A stretch of 52,550 nucleotides of DNA from Gammaproteobacteria bacterium (GCA_024277755.1 JAJRUN010000082.1:1-52550), one strand, 5' to 3'. Positions 27,863 through 38,911 are shown, counted from the stretch's first letter. Notes: generated by a model not told the origin, from the sequence alone. Translations and numbers: made by a program.

Positions 27863-29565
27863 AAATAATTTCACTTCTGTTCGGTATTATTTTTTTGTCA
27901 TCCAACAGCCTGGCCGCCAACATCACTGTTGAGGTTGACCGTGACCCAGTGTCCATTGATGAATCATTCAAGATTTTCTTTTTTGCCGATGACCGCATCA
28001 CTGACACCCCTGACTTCAGTCCATTACAACAGGATTTTGAGATCCTCAGCCGCACCCAAAGCAGCAGCATGAAATATATCAATGGCAATCTCAGCAAAAA
28101 GACTCGCTGGAATCTTGGCGTTATGGCCAAGCGCAGTGGCAAGCTCACCATCCCTTCCATTGCGATTGGCAATGACCGCAGCCCAAGCATGAGCATTACG
28201 GTGAATAAAAGCAGCAGCACAAATAATGCCGACAGCCACAATGCTGAAATATTCATCGAGGTAGATGTCACACCCGGCACGCTGTATGTACAACAACAGA
28301 CAATCTACAGCGTTCGTTTTTTTCGCGCCGTCAATATCAATGCTGCCGGCATGTCAGAACCCAGCATAAGCGGTGCTGAAATCGTGATAGAAAAATTGGG
28401 CGACGACTCCAGCTATGAAACCTATCGCAATGGCCGGCGTTATGTTGTTATCGAACGTAAATACGCATTATTTCCACAACAAAGTGGCAGCATCACTATT
28501 GAGCCAATCACACTGGATGCCCAAGTAACAGTAACCACGCCAGGCGTCTTTGACCCGTTTGCTCAAAACACGAGCACCAGGCGACTTAAATCAAACAGTA
28601 TCAGCCTCGATGTAAAACCGATTCCTGACAGCATTCACAGCAACGCATGGTTGCCCGCCAGCGACCTGAAAATTACCGAGAACTGGTCACAGCAACCCCC
28701 TGTATTTATTGTCGGCGAACCCATTACTCGCACCCTGACGCTCAAGGCCGACGGTCTGACCGCCGCACAACTACCGTCGCTGAGCATGGCAGACACACCC
28801 GCATTTAAGAGCTATCCTGACCAGCCACGTCTAAACAACAAACGCGGCAGCCGCGGCATTAGCGGTACACGCCAGGAAAAAATCGCTCTGATTCCGACAC
28901 AGGCCGGACAACTGAGCCTGCCTGAAATCCAGGTCAACTGGTGGAATATCAACAGCGACACACTGGAAACTGCCACCCTGCCTGCCCGCACTGTCCAGGT
29001 ACAACCGGGCCAAAGCAGCCAGACACCTGAGCCGACAACGGCCATAACACAACCTGAGCCAGCAACCATTACCACACCGACAACACCAGCCACGCCACAA
29101 ACCGTCACCGTGGTTAAAGAAGAAAGCGGAATCTACAGCACACTGAGCATTTTACTTGGCCTGGGCTGGTTGATCACTGCCATTGCCTGGATCATCAGCA
29201 AGCGAAATCACAAGCGCATAAACAACAACACCAGGCAAACAACGAAAATGCAACACACAACAGCTTCTCTCAAAGCAGTCAAAAAGGCCTGCCTAAGCAA
29301 CAACCCGCAACAAAGTAAAATCGAACTGCTTAACTGGGCCAAAGACCACTGGCCTGAAGACCCACCCGCCAGTATTGGCGAGATCGGCACGCGCCTGGAT
29401 CAGGCAACGCAAATAGAAATCGAACAACTCAACCAGGCGCTCTATGGTTCTGACAGTAATAATTGGCAAGGCAATGATCTGTGGCAGCAACTGTCTGCCG
29501 CAGCAAAAACAACCACAAAAAGACAAAACAAACAAAAAGATGTGCTGGAACCACTCTACCCTTGA
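27856..29565 (+). CDS. batD: BatD-family protein
   Basis: Signal peptide, VDRDPVSIDESF, IERKYALFPQQSG, VGEPITRTLTL, YPDQP, Pro/Thr linker and TM; last gene of the moxR-bat operon. Confidence 0.88.
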   Translation: MVKIISLLFGIIFLSSNSLAANITVEVDRDPVSIDESFKIFFFADDRITDTPDFSPLQQDFEILSRTQSSSMKYINGNLSKKTRWNLGVMAKRSGKLTIPSIAIGNDRSPSMSITVNKSSSTNNADSHNAEIFIEVDVTPGTLYVQQQTIYSVRFFRAVNINAAGMSEPSISGAEIVIEKLGDDSSYETYRNGRRYVVIERKYALFPQQSGSITIEPITLDAQVTVTTPGVFDPFAQNTSTRRLKSNSISLDVKPIPDSIHSNAWLPASDLKITENWSQQPPVFIVGEPITRTLTLKADGLTAAQLPSLSMADTPAFKSYPDQPRLNNKRGSRGISGTRQEKIALIPTQAGQLSLPEIQVNWWNINSDTLETATLPARTVQVQPGQSSQTPEPTTAITQPEPATITTPTTPATPQTVTVVKEESGIYSTLSILLGLGWLITAIAWIISKRNHKRINNNTRQTTKMQHTTASLKAVKKACLSNNPQQSKIELLNWAKDHWPEDPPASIGEIGTRLDQATQIEIEQLNQALYGSDSNNWQGNDLWQQLSAAAKTTTKRQNKQKDVLEPLYP

Positions 29566-29671
29566 ACACTGGCGGGCCAAATAAATACAATCTGGCCCGG
29601 AAGATTCCACTCTATTTCATCCAGGGCTACAATAAGCACTACCACCATTGACACACTATCAAGGAAATAAA

Positions 29672-30196
29672 ATGAAGTTGAATTATGCAATGCTCACGCT
29701 TCTTGCTTCTATGCTCTGCTCGCCATTTGTTCAGGCGGCAGGAAAGCACGGCAACTGGTCTCTTAATGACGCCGGGAACGCGGCTATTGGCACATCAGGC
29801 ACTTCTATCTCAAGCCAATCAAAAGAAACTCTGCAAGGGGCAGATAAAAGCGGCAAGGTTGAGTTGGGCTACTCATGCAACGGTGATTTTTACCTGCTGG
29901 CTAAAGGGATAGGCTTTGCCATTGACCAAGTTGACTGCGGCCCCTACGGCTGCAAAAAAAGACAACATGGTCAGGTTCAGTTTGATGACAAAACTGCTGA
30001 TGATGCTGAATTTGAGATCATGAGCAACAGTGATGGGATGTACCTGTTAAGCGACAAAACGATGCTGATCGATGCAATGAAGGCCGGCAATAACGTTCAA
30101 CTGACACTTGAACTCGCCAATACCGATGGCAAGGAACAGATAGCTACGTTTAGTCTGAAAGGCTTTACCGCCGCCTATAACTGGTGCAACAAGTAA
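29672..30196 (+). CDS. Secreted hypothetical protein (C-terminus reminiscent of IalB/TagO-like folds)
   Basis: AAGGAA RBS, signal peptide, LIDAMKAGN...ATFSLKGFTAAY. Confidence 0.6.
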   Translation: MKLNYAMLTLLASMLCSPFVQAAGKHGNWSLNDAGNAAIGTSGTSISSQSKETLQGADKSGKVELGYSCNGDFYLLAKGIGFAIDQVDCGPYGCKKRQHGQVQFDDKTADDAEFEIMSNSDGMYLLSDKTMLIDAMKAGNNVQLTLELANTDGKEQIATFSLKGFTAAYNWCNK

Positions 30197-30293
30197 TTAA
30201 AGCTTTAGTTGCGAATAGGGTTACAGCCCTCGCGCTCGCTTGTCGGGCAAAAGGGCTTGCCACTAACAAAGGCAGGGGGGTTAGTTTTTCGCT

Positions 30294-30689
30294 ATGAATA
30301 TTGTTAACAATATTTTCCGCGCTGTCTTAATGTCTATATTGGCGTCAGTCACGTTAATCGCCTGTAGCAATCGAGACAATCATGACCACCCCAACCTAAA
30401 AACGGGGAAAGCCCTTTTTAACCATCACTGTGCCGACTGCCACGGTAAGGATGGTACAGGCAAGCTGGCGGACCAGACCCCGGCCAACATTCTGACTAAA
30501 AGAGACCATCGAGGCATTATTAATTATGTAACAAGCAACGTTAACCCCAATCGTGACATGCCAGTTTTTAGCAACATGTCACACGCTGAGGCAGCAAAAA
30601 TCGCCAGCCATCTCTTGTCTCTGCGCAACACTTATAACGCCACCCCTAACAATCAAAAAAAGCCCCGACCACTGCTGATTGAACCCTAG
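30294..30689 (+). CDS. Monoheme class I cytochrome c lipoprotein
   Basis: LIAC lipobox, GKALFNHHCADCHG, distal Met in RDMPVF. Confidence 0.88.
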   Translation: MNIVNNIFRAVLMSILASVTLIACSNRDNHDHPNLKTGKALFNHHCADCHGKDGTGKLADQTPANILTKRDHRGIINYVTSNVNPNRDMPVFSNMSHAEAAKIASHLLSLRNTYNATPNNQKKPRPLLIEP

Positions 30690-30712
30690 CGTGGACTTAT
30701 CTTTAAAACTGA

Positions 30713-30895
30713 ACTGCCTCTGTTTCTGATGGTAGCGGTAAATTCAACACCCATGCCCGTTATCTCAACCGCGATGAGGCAATGCAGGTTTCAGCCCGCC
30801 ACTGCAAGGCAGTCAGCATGCAAGTGCCCATATTTTTAATCAATGATGAATTACGCCAGCAAATTAATGACAAAGATTTAGCATTGTTTGGTTAG
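30713..30895 (+). pseudogene. Possible 3' gene remnant
   Basis: About 60 open codons (VSDGSGKFNTHARYLNRDEAMQV...LINDELRQQINDKDLALFG*) with no 5' start. Family not recognised. Confidence 0.35.
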
Positions 30896-30936
30896 AGGCA
30901 CGACTGAAACCCCTGCGACTCAGCTGGAGGCGCCCC

Positions 30937-32178
30937 TTACTGACAAACCTGGTTACGTCCCTTGCTCTTGGCGCGATAAAGCGCCTTGTCGGCAGACTTC
31001 ATTACCCTATCAGCTGTGCGGCACTTATCACTGCGTTCAGCAACACCAATGCTAATCGTTACCGAGACTTTTTTTGTTGCCGGCTTACGTATTTTAGCTG
31101 CACTTTTAGCCCCCTTTTTCGCTTTTTTCTTGGGCCTATCCTGGCCACGAATGGTAAATGGACTCGCCTCAATCTGCTGCCGTACCACCTCAAGGTAGAC
31201 CATAATATCGGCGCTGCTCTTGCCAGGAAAGATGACTGCAAATTCTTCTCCGCCATATCGAGCAGGCTTGCCTCCCCCTTTCACCTGACCAATCCTGGCC
31301 GCGACCATTCGCAACACCTGATCACCCACGTCATGACCATGTGTATCGTTAAATTTTTTAAAGTGATCAATATCAAGCATGGCGATGCTGTATTTATTTC
31401 CCAGGCTCATCAAGCTGGCCATCATTGCCCGCCGTCCTGGCAAGCCAGTCAGTTCATCCATATAGGCCATGCCATAGGATTCCTGCACTAAGGTGACCAC
31501 CAGCAACACGGCAACAAAGCCAAACAATATCGCACTGAAATTAGCACTGGGGCTGGCGCCAACACCCTGGCCAATAGCCACCATAACGACCAGCAAAGTC
31601 GCCAGCACACTGCTCTCAATCAGGCACGGCTTTCTAATCAAACGAACCGACTGCCAAATCACCACCAGCGTGAAAGCTAACCAGGCTGACTGCGATATAC
31701 CTTGCTGAATCCCAACCAACCAGGCGATCCCCAGCCAATTATTTTCCAACCAATTCAGCCAGCTAAGGTTTGCTTCTTTGATCAACCACCACACCAGCAC
31801 TATCTGAATGGCCAAAAAAGCGAATCTGACACTACCGTGAATGGTAAAGATGCCGCGCTCTTTGAAGAAACTCAGCAACAATAGATCAATCGGCAGCAGC
31901 AGGCTGACTGCAAGGATTAGCCAACGATCAGTGAACTCATTGACCTCAGGTCGCAACCCCAAAACCAGATAAAGTCCAAGGATCAACAACAGAGAAAAAA
32001 ACACGCGGCTACGGTTAAAACGCAATGCCAGCAAGACACCGACCCCCAAAGCAAGGTATGGAAATAATTCGATTAGCTGCTGGTATGCGGCAGGCACTTG
32101 CAGAAAACTGGGCAGGCTATAGATAGCCAACACCGGCAATAGAAATGGGATGAACAGAAAGATCATGCGTTTCAGCAC
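30937..32178 (-). CDS. Membrane-bound diguanylate cyclase
   Basis: Multiple TMs; DELTGLPGRR, DIDHFKKFNDTHGHDVGD, RYGGEEF, ADKALYRAK. Confidence 0.93.
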   Translation of the reverse strand: MLKRMIFLFIPFLLPVLAIYSLPSFLQVPAAYQQLIELFPYLALGVGVLLALRFNRSRVFFSLLLILGLYLVLGLRPEVNEFTDRWLILAVSLLLPIDLLLLSFFKERGIFTIHGSVRFAFLAIQIVLVWWLIKEANLSWLNWLENNWLGIAWLVGIQQGISQSAWLAFTLVVIWQSVRLIRKPCLIESSVLATLLVVMVAIGQGVGASPSANFSAILFGFVAVLLVVTLVQESYGMAYMDELTGLPGRRAMMASLMSLGNKYSIAMLDIDHFKKFNDTHGHDVGDQVLRMVAARIGQVKGGGKPARYGGEEFAVIFPGKSSADIMVYLEVVRQQIEASPFTIRGQDRPKKKAKKGAKSAAKIRKPATKKVSVTISIGVAERSDKCRTADRVMKSADKALYRAKSKGRNQVCQ

Positions 32179-32380
32179 GTTATATACCTGTATTTATTGC
32201 AGCCATTACTTTATTAGCGGCTGCCAACAGCGAATATTCAGGCAGATTTCACTGTTTAAAACAAGTGCCAGCAATAGTCGCCTTGAGATTACACCTGAAG
32301 CTTTTAAGGCAAAAAAAGAATAGTTTGAAGCATCTAATAAAACCGCTCTTGCAATCAGCTAAAGTGTTTAAACCCTGTAC

Positions 32381-33580
32381 TCAACCAGGCTGACCATCGA
32401 CTCGTGCATTAATTAGAATAGGCAAATACGCGCGGACAAACAGTGCAAAGGCAATCGCCCATAATCCAGCTGAAACAAGCATGGTCAGTGTGTTCCAGCC
32501 AGGCGCGATCATCGGTATCACCACCCGGGCAAACATCGCCAAATTAATAAATGCAAATGCCCATGCTATCGACGCCAGCGGCATCAATGTTCTGCCTGTG
32601 TGCCCCAGTGCAACACGCGACATCATGCCCAGGCACAAAACAGCAATTGCAGCAGCCATTGCATGTGTCGCAAACACAGGTTCAAGCCCCCCTGTTGCTG
32701 GCATAGCTTTTAAGGCAAACCCTAACACCAGCCAGGCATAGCCAAGATGCAACACCCATAGCAGTGGCACAGACCACACTAGACGCGAATACCATCCCCA
32801 CAACCTTGCAAGGTGTACTAATGCAGAAAAACCAGCCAGGCCAGTAAGCAACCATGCCTGGGGATAAATCAGATCAGCAATTAACAGTAGCAGCATTGAA
32901 ACGATAGCGAGCTTCTCTAACCACGGCCATTTTCGTGGCTCAGCACCAGGCGCACCATTTTTGGTGAACATGGGTAAAACTCGGCCAGCCATGATGACAA
33001 TCATCAGTAGCACTGTATTCATTGCCAAGGTTATGCCTGCCTCTGCAATGCCAGCAACAACACCAAGCAGCTCAAGATGCACCATGATATTTGCCACCAG
33101 CATCAGCAGCAACATGGCGACAAAAATCAACTGCGGGCGTTTCTTGGCACGCAGAATAGGAATAGCTAGAAACAAGGCCAACAGCGGCAGAAAAGCGCTA
33201 TCGATAATGGCTATCAACCATGGCGGCACCACAGTTGAAATCAGTGGCAGTAAGCGCCCGGTCAGCCACAGCATTACCAGCGCTGCCAGCCATGGCCCTT
33301 TGAGAGTTTGTTGCTTGGTCCAATTACGCACAGCAGTGAGCAAAAAACCTGCCATAACGGCCACGGCAAAACCAAACAGCATTTCATGACTGTGCCAAAT
33401 AATGCCACCATAATAGATGTCAGCATCAATCATGCTGAGCAGTATCCCCTGCCACCACAACATCAGCGCAACCGCTATCATCCCCGCTGCCAAAAAAAAC
33501 GGCCGGAAACCCAGTTCAAACAAAGAGAACCTGTTTTGTGGAATTGGTTTTTGTAGTGACTCTATATTGATAAGACTCAT
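32381..33580 (-). CDS. nnrS: NnrS heme/Cu membrane protein (nitrosative stress)
   Basis: LGFRPFFL, WHSHEMLFGF, GFLLTAVRNWT, GRVLPMFT, LWVLHLGYAW, RVALGHTGR. Confidence 0.93.
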   Translation of the reverse strand: MSLINIESLQKPIPQNRFSLFELGFRPFFLAAGMIAVALMLWWQGILLSMIDADIYYGGIIWHSHEMLFGFAVAVMAGFLLTAVRNWTKQQTLKGPWLAALVMLWLTGRLLPLISTVVPPWLIAIIDSAFLPLLALFLAIPILRAKKRPQLIFVAMLLLMLVANIMVHLELLGVVAGIAEAGITLAMNTVLLMIVIMAGRVLPMFTKNGAPGAEPRKWPWLEKLAIVSMLLLLIADLIYPQAWLLTGLAGFSALVHLARLWGWYSRLVWSVPLLWVLHLGYAWLVLGFALKAMPATGGLEPVFATHAMAAAIAVLCLGMMSRVALGHTGRTLMPLASIAWAFAFINLAMFARVVIPMIAPGWNTLTMLVSAGLWAIAFALFVRAYLPILINARVDGQPG

Positions 33581-33771
33581 TGAACTGACATACCTTTAAA
33601 TACCTATCACAACAATTTAACACCACAGACTGCACGGGAATACAAATATTTTATTGCTATCGGGTAAATCAGAGAGACAACGACACCAACTAGAGCTGCA
33701 TACCGGCTCAGAGAGAAACTATCGATAGAAAATTGAAACCTGCGCTTTAACTCAGCACAAAAACCGAATGA

Positions 33772-36700
33772 TCAATCACTCCCCATAACACTAAGAATCA
33801 CCTCAGCCAGTTTTCGGTTATTTGTATTTGATTTAACCAATACGGCACTGACCTTGTTTTCATACTCCTCAGTAACATCCTGAGCAGAGAAAATAATTAC
33901 CCGTGGCGGCTTTATGCGAAGTTCAATTGTTTCAAGCAGATCCAAACCTGAGCCATCAGGCAGGCCAATATCGAGCAAGACCAAATCAAAATCCTCATTA
34001 TTCATGGCATTTTTTGAGGCTGAGACAGACGTTGTCCATGTCAGTTCACAATGGTCCTGAAGCATTGTTTTAACGATAGAGTGAACATCAGGATCATCTT
34101 CCACATGCAATACACGAGGCATTCTATTTGTCCCTGCCGCTTGCCGAACAGCATCAACCAGGCGTTGTTGATCGATAGGTTTGGATAGCCAGTCAACTAC
34201 CCCCATCGCACCGCCATTTAGCGCCTTCCTGGTTTCATCCGCGACAGCTGAAACCACTACCACCGGAATATTGTGCAGCTCTGCATCTTGACGCAGCTCT
34301 TTGAGGAAACTCCCCCCCCCCTCGCCTGGCAATTGCAAATCCAGCGTTATGGCACGATACTGGTTCGGTGTCTGTTTCAGCATTTTACGTGCCTGATCCA
34401 CATCATAGGCAATATCACAATTGTGGCCTGTTTCGGCCATCATGCGTTGCATCAATGCTGCTACATCCGGATCATCCTCGACTATCAAAACACTGGCATG
34501 ATGTCCCAGTGCCAATTTACGGGGCAGGGATTCATTATTTTGATTGGTGGATTTTGACATCCCGGGCAATTCAATAAAGAATGTTGTCCCTATGCCTTCA
34601 CGGCTAACGAAATCTATCTGTCCGCCATGTTTTTCGACGATAATTTTGGAGATACTTAAGCCCAAACCCGTACCACCCTTTTGTCGAGTGTCGGATGAAT
34701 CAGACTGGGTAAACTTCTCAAAAATTTTGTCATGAAAATCAGTGGGTATACCTGGACCATTATCCGTCACTGAGATTCTTACACGCTCACCATGCATGGC
34801 AACATTGATTTCAACCGTATCGTTCCGGGGTGAAAATTTAGCCGCATTCGATAACAAGTTAGCCATCACCTGCATCAAGCGGTCTCTATCTGCAAACACA
34901 CAAGCATCGTCAACCAGGCTTTTAAGTACAAAACAAACCCCAAACTGCTCACCATAGCTACGGTTATCTTCAACAACCCGTTCAAGAAATGCTGTCACAT
35001 CCATGCTATGAAACTTAAATGCCATTTGACCTGATTCTATCTTTTGAATATCAAGAATATCGTTAATCAGCAACAATAAACGCTCGGTATTATTACTGGC
35101 GATATTAAGCATCTCGCTGACGGGCGCTGACAACTCCCCCATAGCCCCGCCAGTCACCAGGCCAAGTGAGCCACGTATAGATGTCAAAGGTGTTCTAAGC
35201 TCATGACTCACCGTTGACACAAACTCATTCTTCATTTTATCTATACGTTTGCGCTCCGTGATATCACGTAATACACCTACAAATCCACGCTTGCCACCAC
35301 GCCTAATAGGGGCCACATTAAGTTCAAGAGGAAACTGGCTGCCATCTTTTCTACAACCCACAAGGTCACGACTGAGATTTATAATACGTGGGGATGTCAA
35401 TGTTGAATTGTTCGTATATTGATGATGTGAAAACCGTTCACTTTCAGGCAACAGTATAGAAACATTCTCGCCTATAATTTCTTTTTCCTGATAGCCAAAG
35501 ATCAACTCAGCGGCTGGATTAAAGCTTCTAATTTCACCCTTTTCGTTAATTGTAATGACCGCATCTGCAATCGTTTCCAACACTGTACGTTGATAAAGTT
35601 CACTCTTTTCAAGTGATGCTGTCCGCTCACTCACCAAGGACTCAAGATTTTCATTCAACTGAGCAAGATTTGTGCGCGATTCTTCAACCTGCTGAGTCAT
35701 GCTATCGAAGGCACGCGCTAAAATACCGATTTCATCATGCTGGTTGACTGGCAGAATTGTTTGCGATTGTCGTTGATGAGAAAAGTCATCAACAGCCTGG
35801 GTTATCAGCTTGATTGGTCGGCTCATGCGAATGGATAGCAATACACCAATAAGGGCGGCAAACACTGTGAGAAGAACTGCCCAGCCGATAATTTCATTCA
35901 AAAAGGATGTGTTCTCGGCAACAATAGCACTGTAAGGTTGGCTGATGACTACGGCGATAAATCGCTCTGAGCGGGTTGGATCAAAATTAATTTTTGTAAA
36001 GCCGGCAACTAACTTACCACCTGTTTGTTCTGGAAATAGCGTTAAATTTTGTTCCTTGTTGTCAGGCAGAAACAAACGCGCCATAAGCGGTATATCTTCC
36101 TGAACCCTGTATTTCTTGCCCAGATCAAAGCCATAGGTTTTAGTGCTATCCGGGTGTAACAGATAGCCACCATGATCATTGGTGATGTAAACATCACGAC
36201 CATTACCATGAATTTGTTGTTGTATCTTGCGTAATTCATTGCCAACCTCAGCGGTAAGCGCAACAAGCCCAGCCAGATTTCCTGTTAATTCATCATATAT
36301 AGGAGTGGCACTGCGGAGTACCTCTTGGTGTGGCACAACGACCTTGCCGTGTTCACGGTTAAGATTAATATCGGAAAGATAGATAGACCCAAGCGGAAGC
36401 ATTAATGCTTCCTGCACATATTTTCGCTGCGATTTATCCTGCAAGTCAAAAACAGTCACCTGCCCATCGTTACGACCAACATGGACAATTTCATGTCCCT
36501 GAGTATTTATAAAACGAATGCTAAGATAGTTGGGTTTACTATTGAGCTGAGCGATATAAACCTCCTCTAACTCGTGCTGCCAATATTTGCCATCAACATT
36601 ATGACTAGCGTCAAAACCATCATTATTGGTTGCTCGCAATATGCCTTGAATGGGGGAAACACTTGCTAGAAAAGTGACATCTTCATTTTGAGATATAATA

Positions 36701-36873
36701 TGTGCATGAAGCTGATCACCTTCATCTTTGATCTTTTCAGCGATATCAGACAATGCATTTTTGACCAATATTTCAGATGTTTTTACATAAAACAAACTAC
36801 CAATAACACCAACACTGCCCAGCACCAGCAGAATTGATATCAGACTAAATTTGTATGCTAGAGGTAATCTCAT
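33772..36873 (-). CDS. Membrane hybrid histidine kinase (periplasmic Cache-like, HAMP, PAS, HisKA, HATPase, REC, REC)
   Basis: Two TMs, DEIGILARAFDSM, PAS (FNPAAELIFGY), SHELRTPL, NLLSNAAKF, GTGLGL, two receiver domains. Confidence 0.93.
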   Translation of the reverse strand: MRLPLAYKFSLISILLVLGSVGVIGSLFYVKTSEILVKNALSDIAEKIKDEGDQLHAHIISQNEDVTFLASVSPIQGILRATNNDGFDASHNVDGKYWQHELEEVYIAQLNSKPNYLSIRFINTQGHEIVHVGRNDGQVTVFDLQDKSQRKYVQEALMLPLGSIYLSDINLNREHGKVVVPHQEVLRSATPIYDELTGNLAGLVALTAEVGNELRKIQQQIHGNGRDVYITNDHGGYLLHPDSTKTYGFDLGKKYRVQEDIPLMARLFLPDNKEQNLTLFPEQTGGKLVAGFTKINFDPTRSERFIAVVISQPYSAIVAENTSFLNEIIGWAVLLTVFAALIGVLLSIRMSRPIKLITQAVDDFSHQRQSQTILPVNQHDEIGILARAFDSMTQQVEESRTNLAQLNENLESLVSERTASLEKSELYQRTVLETIADAVITINEKGEIRSFNPAAELIFGYQEKEIIGENVSILLPESERFSHHQYTNNSTLTSPRIINLSRDLVGCRKDGSQFPLELNVAPIRRGGKRGFVGVLRDITERKRIDKMKNEFVSTVSHELRTPLTSIRGSLGLVTGGAMGELSAPVSEMLNIASNNTERLLLLINDILDIQKIESGQMAFKFHSMDVTAFLERVVEDNRSYGEQFGVCFVLKSLVDDACVFADRDRLMQVMANLLSNAAKFSPRNDTVEINVAMHGERVRISVTDNGPGIPTDFHDKIFEKFTQSDSSDTRQKGGTGLGLSISKIIVEKHGGQIDFVSREGIGTTFFIELPGMSKSTNQNNESLPRKLALGHHASVLIVEDDPDVAALMQRMMAETGHNCDIAYDVDQARKMLKQTPNQYRAITLDLQLPGEGGGSFLKELRQDAELHNIPVVVVSAVADETRKALNGGAMGVVDWLSKPIDQQRLVDAVRQAAGTNRMPRVLHVEDDPDVHSIVKTMLQDHCELTWTTSVSASKNAMNNEDFDLVLLDIGLPDGSGLDLLETIELRIKPPRVIIFSAQDVTEEYENKVSAVLVKSNTNNRKLAEVILSVMGSD

Positions 36874-36900
36874 AAGACACCCTGACGGGCTGTTTTATCA

Positions 36901-37800
36901 TTAGTTTTCAAACGATCCTACCTCAAGCTTTCGCAGTAACTCTTCTACCGCAGTATAGTCAAGTGGCTCTATCCAGCCGACATATTTTCCCGCATGCGCC
37001 ACAACACCAGCTTCAGGCAGGTCAAGTAAGGCTTGCTTAATCTCTCCTGTTGTTACTGTCGATTTTAACGACACAAAAGTCCATTCTGGATACAAAGGCG
37101 TGCTCAAAAAAAATGGAAAACCATCTATGTCCTTATTGTTAAGGATACGAAAATAACGTAGATCAATTTTTCCTGCTGATTCCATTCGCTCTAACTGATC
37201 CGTTCGAACAACGCCAACATCAGCAAGTCCGTCTCGAACCGCATAGACCACCTCGTCCTGCAATCCATCCGCAAACAGTAATTCAGAAAAATCATGCTGG
37301 GGATTAATCCCATTTTCAAGCATTTCAGCCCAGGCCACACGCCAGCCACCAAAGGCGACGTCAGAAACCGCCATTACACGTTTGTCCTTTAAGTCTGTAA
37401 GACTGATAATGTCATCGTTTTTTGCATGAGTGAAAATAACTGAGCCAAAATATCTCTGTGCCGTATCTGCACGCCGGTTATTCAATGCGACTAGCGCTGA
37501 AGCTCCATATTGCTGTTTCAATTCAATATATGAAGCTGGATTGGTAATCACAAAATCAAACTCGCCCTTTGCCGCCAACATGTTTATCTCCTTTAGGCTG
37601 ACAACAGGTTTAAGCGTAAAGGTGTGGGCGGAAACCCTATCAGTAAGATAATCCACCGTTGGCTGCCATTGCTGGATCGCATCAGCAACACCACTCTTAG
37701 CACGCACTGCCACGAGATATTCATCAGCAACACAGGTGTGGCCAAACAGGCCCATAAACAAGCTTAATCCAGACAGTATTTTATTCAGTTTCATTTGCAT
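36901..37800 (-). CDS. Stand-alone PhnD/TtrS-sensor-like periplasmic binding protein
   Basis: Signal peptide, QWQPTVDYL, DFVITNP, GSVIF, AFGGW, ADVGVVRT, STPLYPEW. No TM or kinase domain. Confidence 0.8.
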   Translation of the reverse strand: MQMKLNKILSGLSLFMGLFGHTCVADEYLVAVRAKSGVADAIQQWQPTVDYLTDRVSAHTFTLKPVVSLKEINMLAAKGEFDFVITNPASYIELKQQYGASALVALNNRRADTAQRYFGSVIFTHAKNDDIISLTDLKDKRVMAVSDVAFGGWRVAWAEMLENGINPQHDFSELLFADGLQDEVVYAVRDGLADVGVVRTDQLERMESAGKIDLRYFRILNNKDIDGFPFFLSTPLYPEWTFVSLKSTVTTGEIKQALLDLPEAGVVAHAGKYVGWIEPLDYTAVEELLRKLEVGSFEN

Positions 37801-37811
37801 AAAACTATTTT

Positions 37812-38879
37812 TTACTCTGGCTCGGCATATTTTTCCTTGATGGTTACAATTTCAGGCAATAATTCAAGAAAATAATCTACCAATTGTGGCTCAAAATGTT
37901 CACCGCGCTCTTCTTTTATAAGATTTACTGAATCCTCAACTGACCAAGCCTTTTTGTATGGCCTAACCGAAGTTAGCGCATCAAACACATCAGCCAAGGC
38001 ACACACACGGCCAACCAAAGGAATATCCTCACCAGACAGACCATTTGGATAGCCTTTACCATTCCATTTTTCGTGGTGAGTCAAGGCAATTTGATATGCC
38101 ATTTTCATTAAATCAGAATCGTCATCACCTGACAGTATGTCCGCACCAATCTGGGAGTGCGTTTGCATGATTTTCCATTCGTCAGGTTCAAATTTACCTG
38201 GTTTAAGCAAAATATTATCGGCAATACCAATCTTGCCAATATCGTGCATTGGCGCTGCATTCAACAACAAGTCACAGTCATAGTTATTCATGCCAGCAGC
38301 CTTTCCCAACAACGCCGACACTTTACTCATGCGAATGATATGCAGGCCGGTTTCGTTATCGCGATACTCTGCTGCCCTGCCAAGCCGTCTGACAACTTGC
38401 AGGCGTGTATCATGCAACTCTTTAGTACGCTCCTGAACCATCTGTTCAAGAACTTCATTACGATAGCGAACCAGCTTTTGTGCCATATGCACTTTTAATA
38501 AATTATTCACCCTCGATAACAGCTCGTTACTATCAAAAGGTTTGGTGACATAGTCTATGGCGCCGTTATCCAGTGCTTGAATCTTATATTCCTGCGCATG
38601 CTGGGCTGTCAGCATCAAAATAGTGGGCATATCATCTCTGGCAGCCGCCTTCAATTGTGCCATCACTTCATAGCCATCCATATAAGGCATATTCAGATCA
38701 AGCAATACCAGATCACTATGATGCTGTTCAAATAAGGCTAATACCTGGCGTGAATCCTGGGTTGATACAATATTGCTATAACCAACATTTTGTAGCAGCC
38801 GAACCAATAACTTGATATTGGTTGCTTCATCATCAACCAGCAGAATACTGGCCTGTTTCTCATCGGTATTTATTGTCAC
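37812..38879 (-). CDS. Response regulator with HD-GYP c-di-GMP phosphodiesterase domain (RpfG-like)
   Basis: REC (LVDD, LLDLNMP, TKP), then ETGLH, MHDIGK, HHEKWNGKGYP, ADVFDALTSVRPYK. Confidence 0.95.
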   Translation of the reverse strand: MTINTDEKQASILLVDDEATNIKLLVRLLQNVGYSNIVSTQDSRQVLALFEQHHSDLVLLDLNMPYMDGYEVMAQLKAAARDDMPTILMLTAQHAQEYKIQALDNGAIDYVTKPFDSNELLSRVNNLLKVHMAQKLVRYRNEVLEQMVQERTKELHDTRLQVVRRLGRAAEYRDNETGLHIIRMSKVSALLGKAAGMNNYDCDLLLNAAPMHDIGKIGIADNILLKPGKFEPDEWKIMQTHSQIGADILSGDDDSDLMKMAYQIALTHHEKWNGKGYPNGLSGEDIPLVGRVCALADVFDALTSVRPYKKAWSVEDSVNLIKEERGEHFEPQLVDYFLELLPEIVTIKEKYAEPE

Positions 38880-38911
38880 TGAATTTATTCTCTATATTAT
38901 CGATATTGAAT

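Noticed and set aside
33581-33620. NsrR/DNR site upstream of nnrS
   Set aside because: Only a half-site-like AAATACCT is visible; no convincing palindrome.
36901-37800. Phosphonate ABC transporter linked to the Pho regulon
   Set aside because: No phnC/phnE nearby, no Pho box seen, and it is embedded in a signalling operon.
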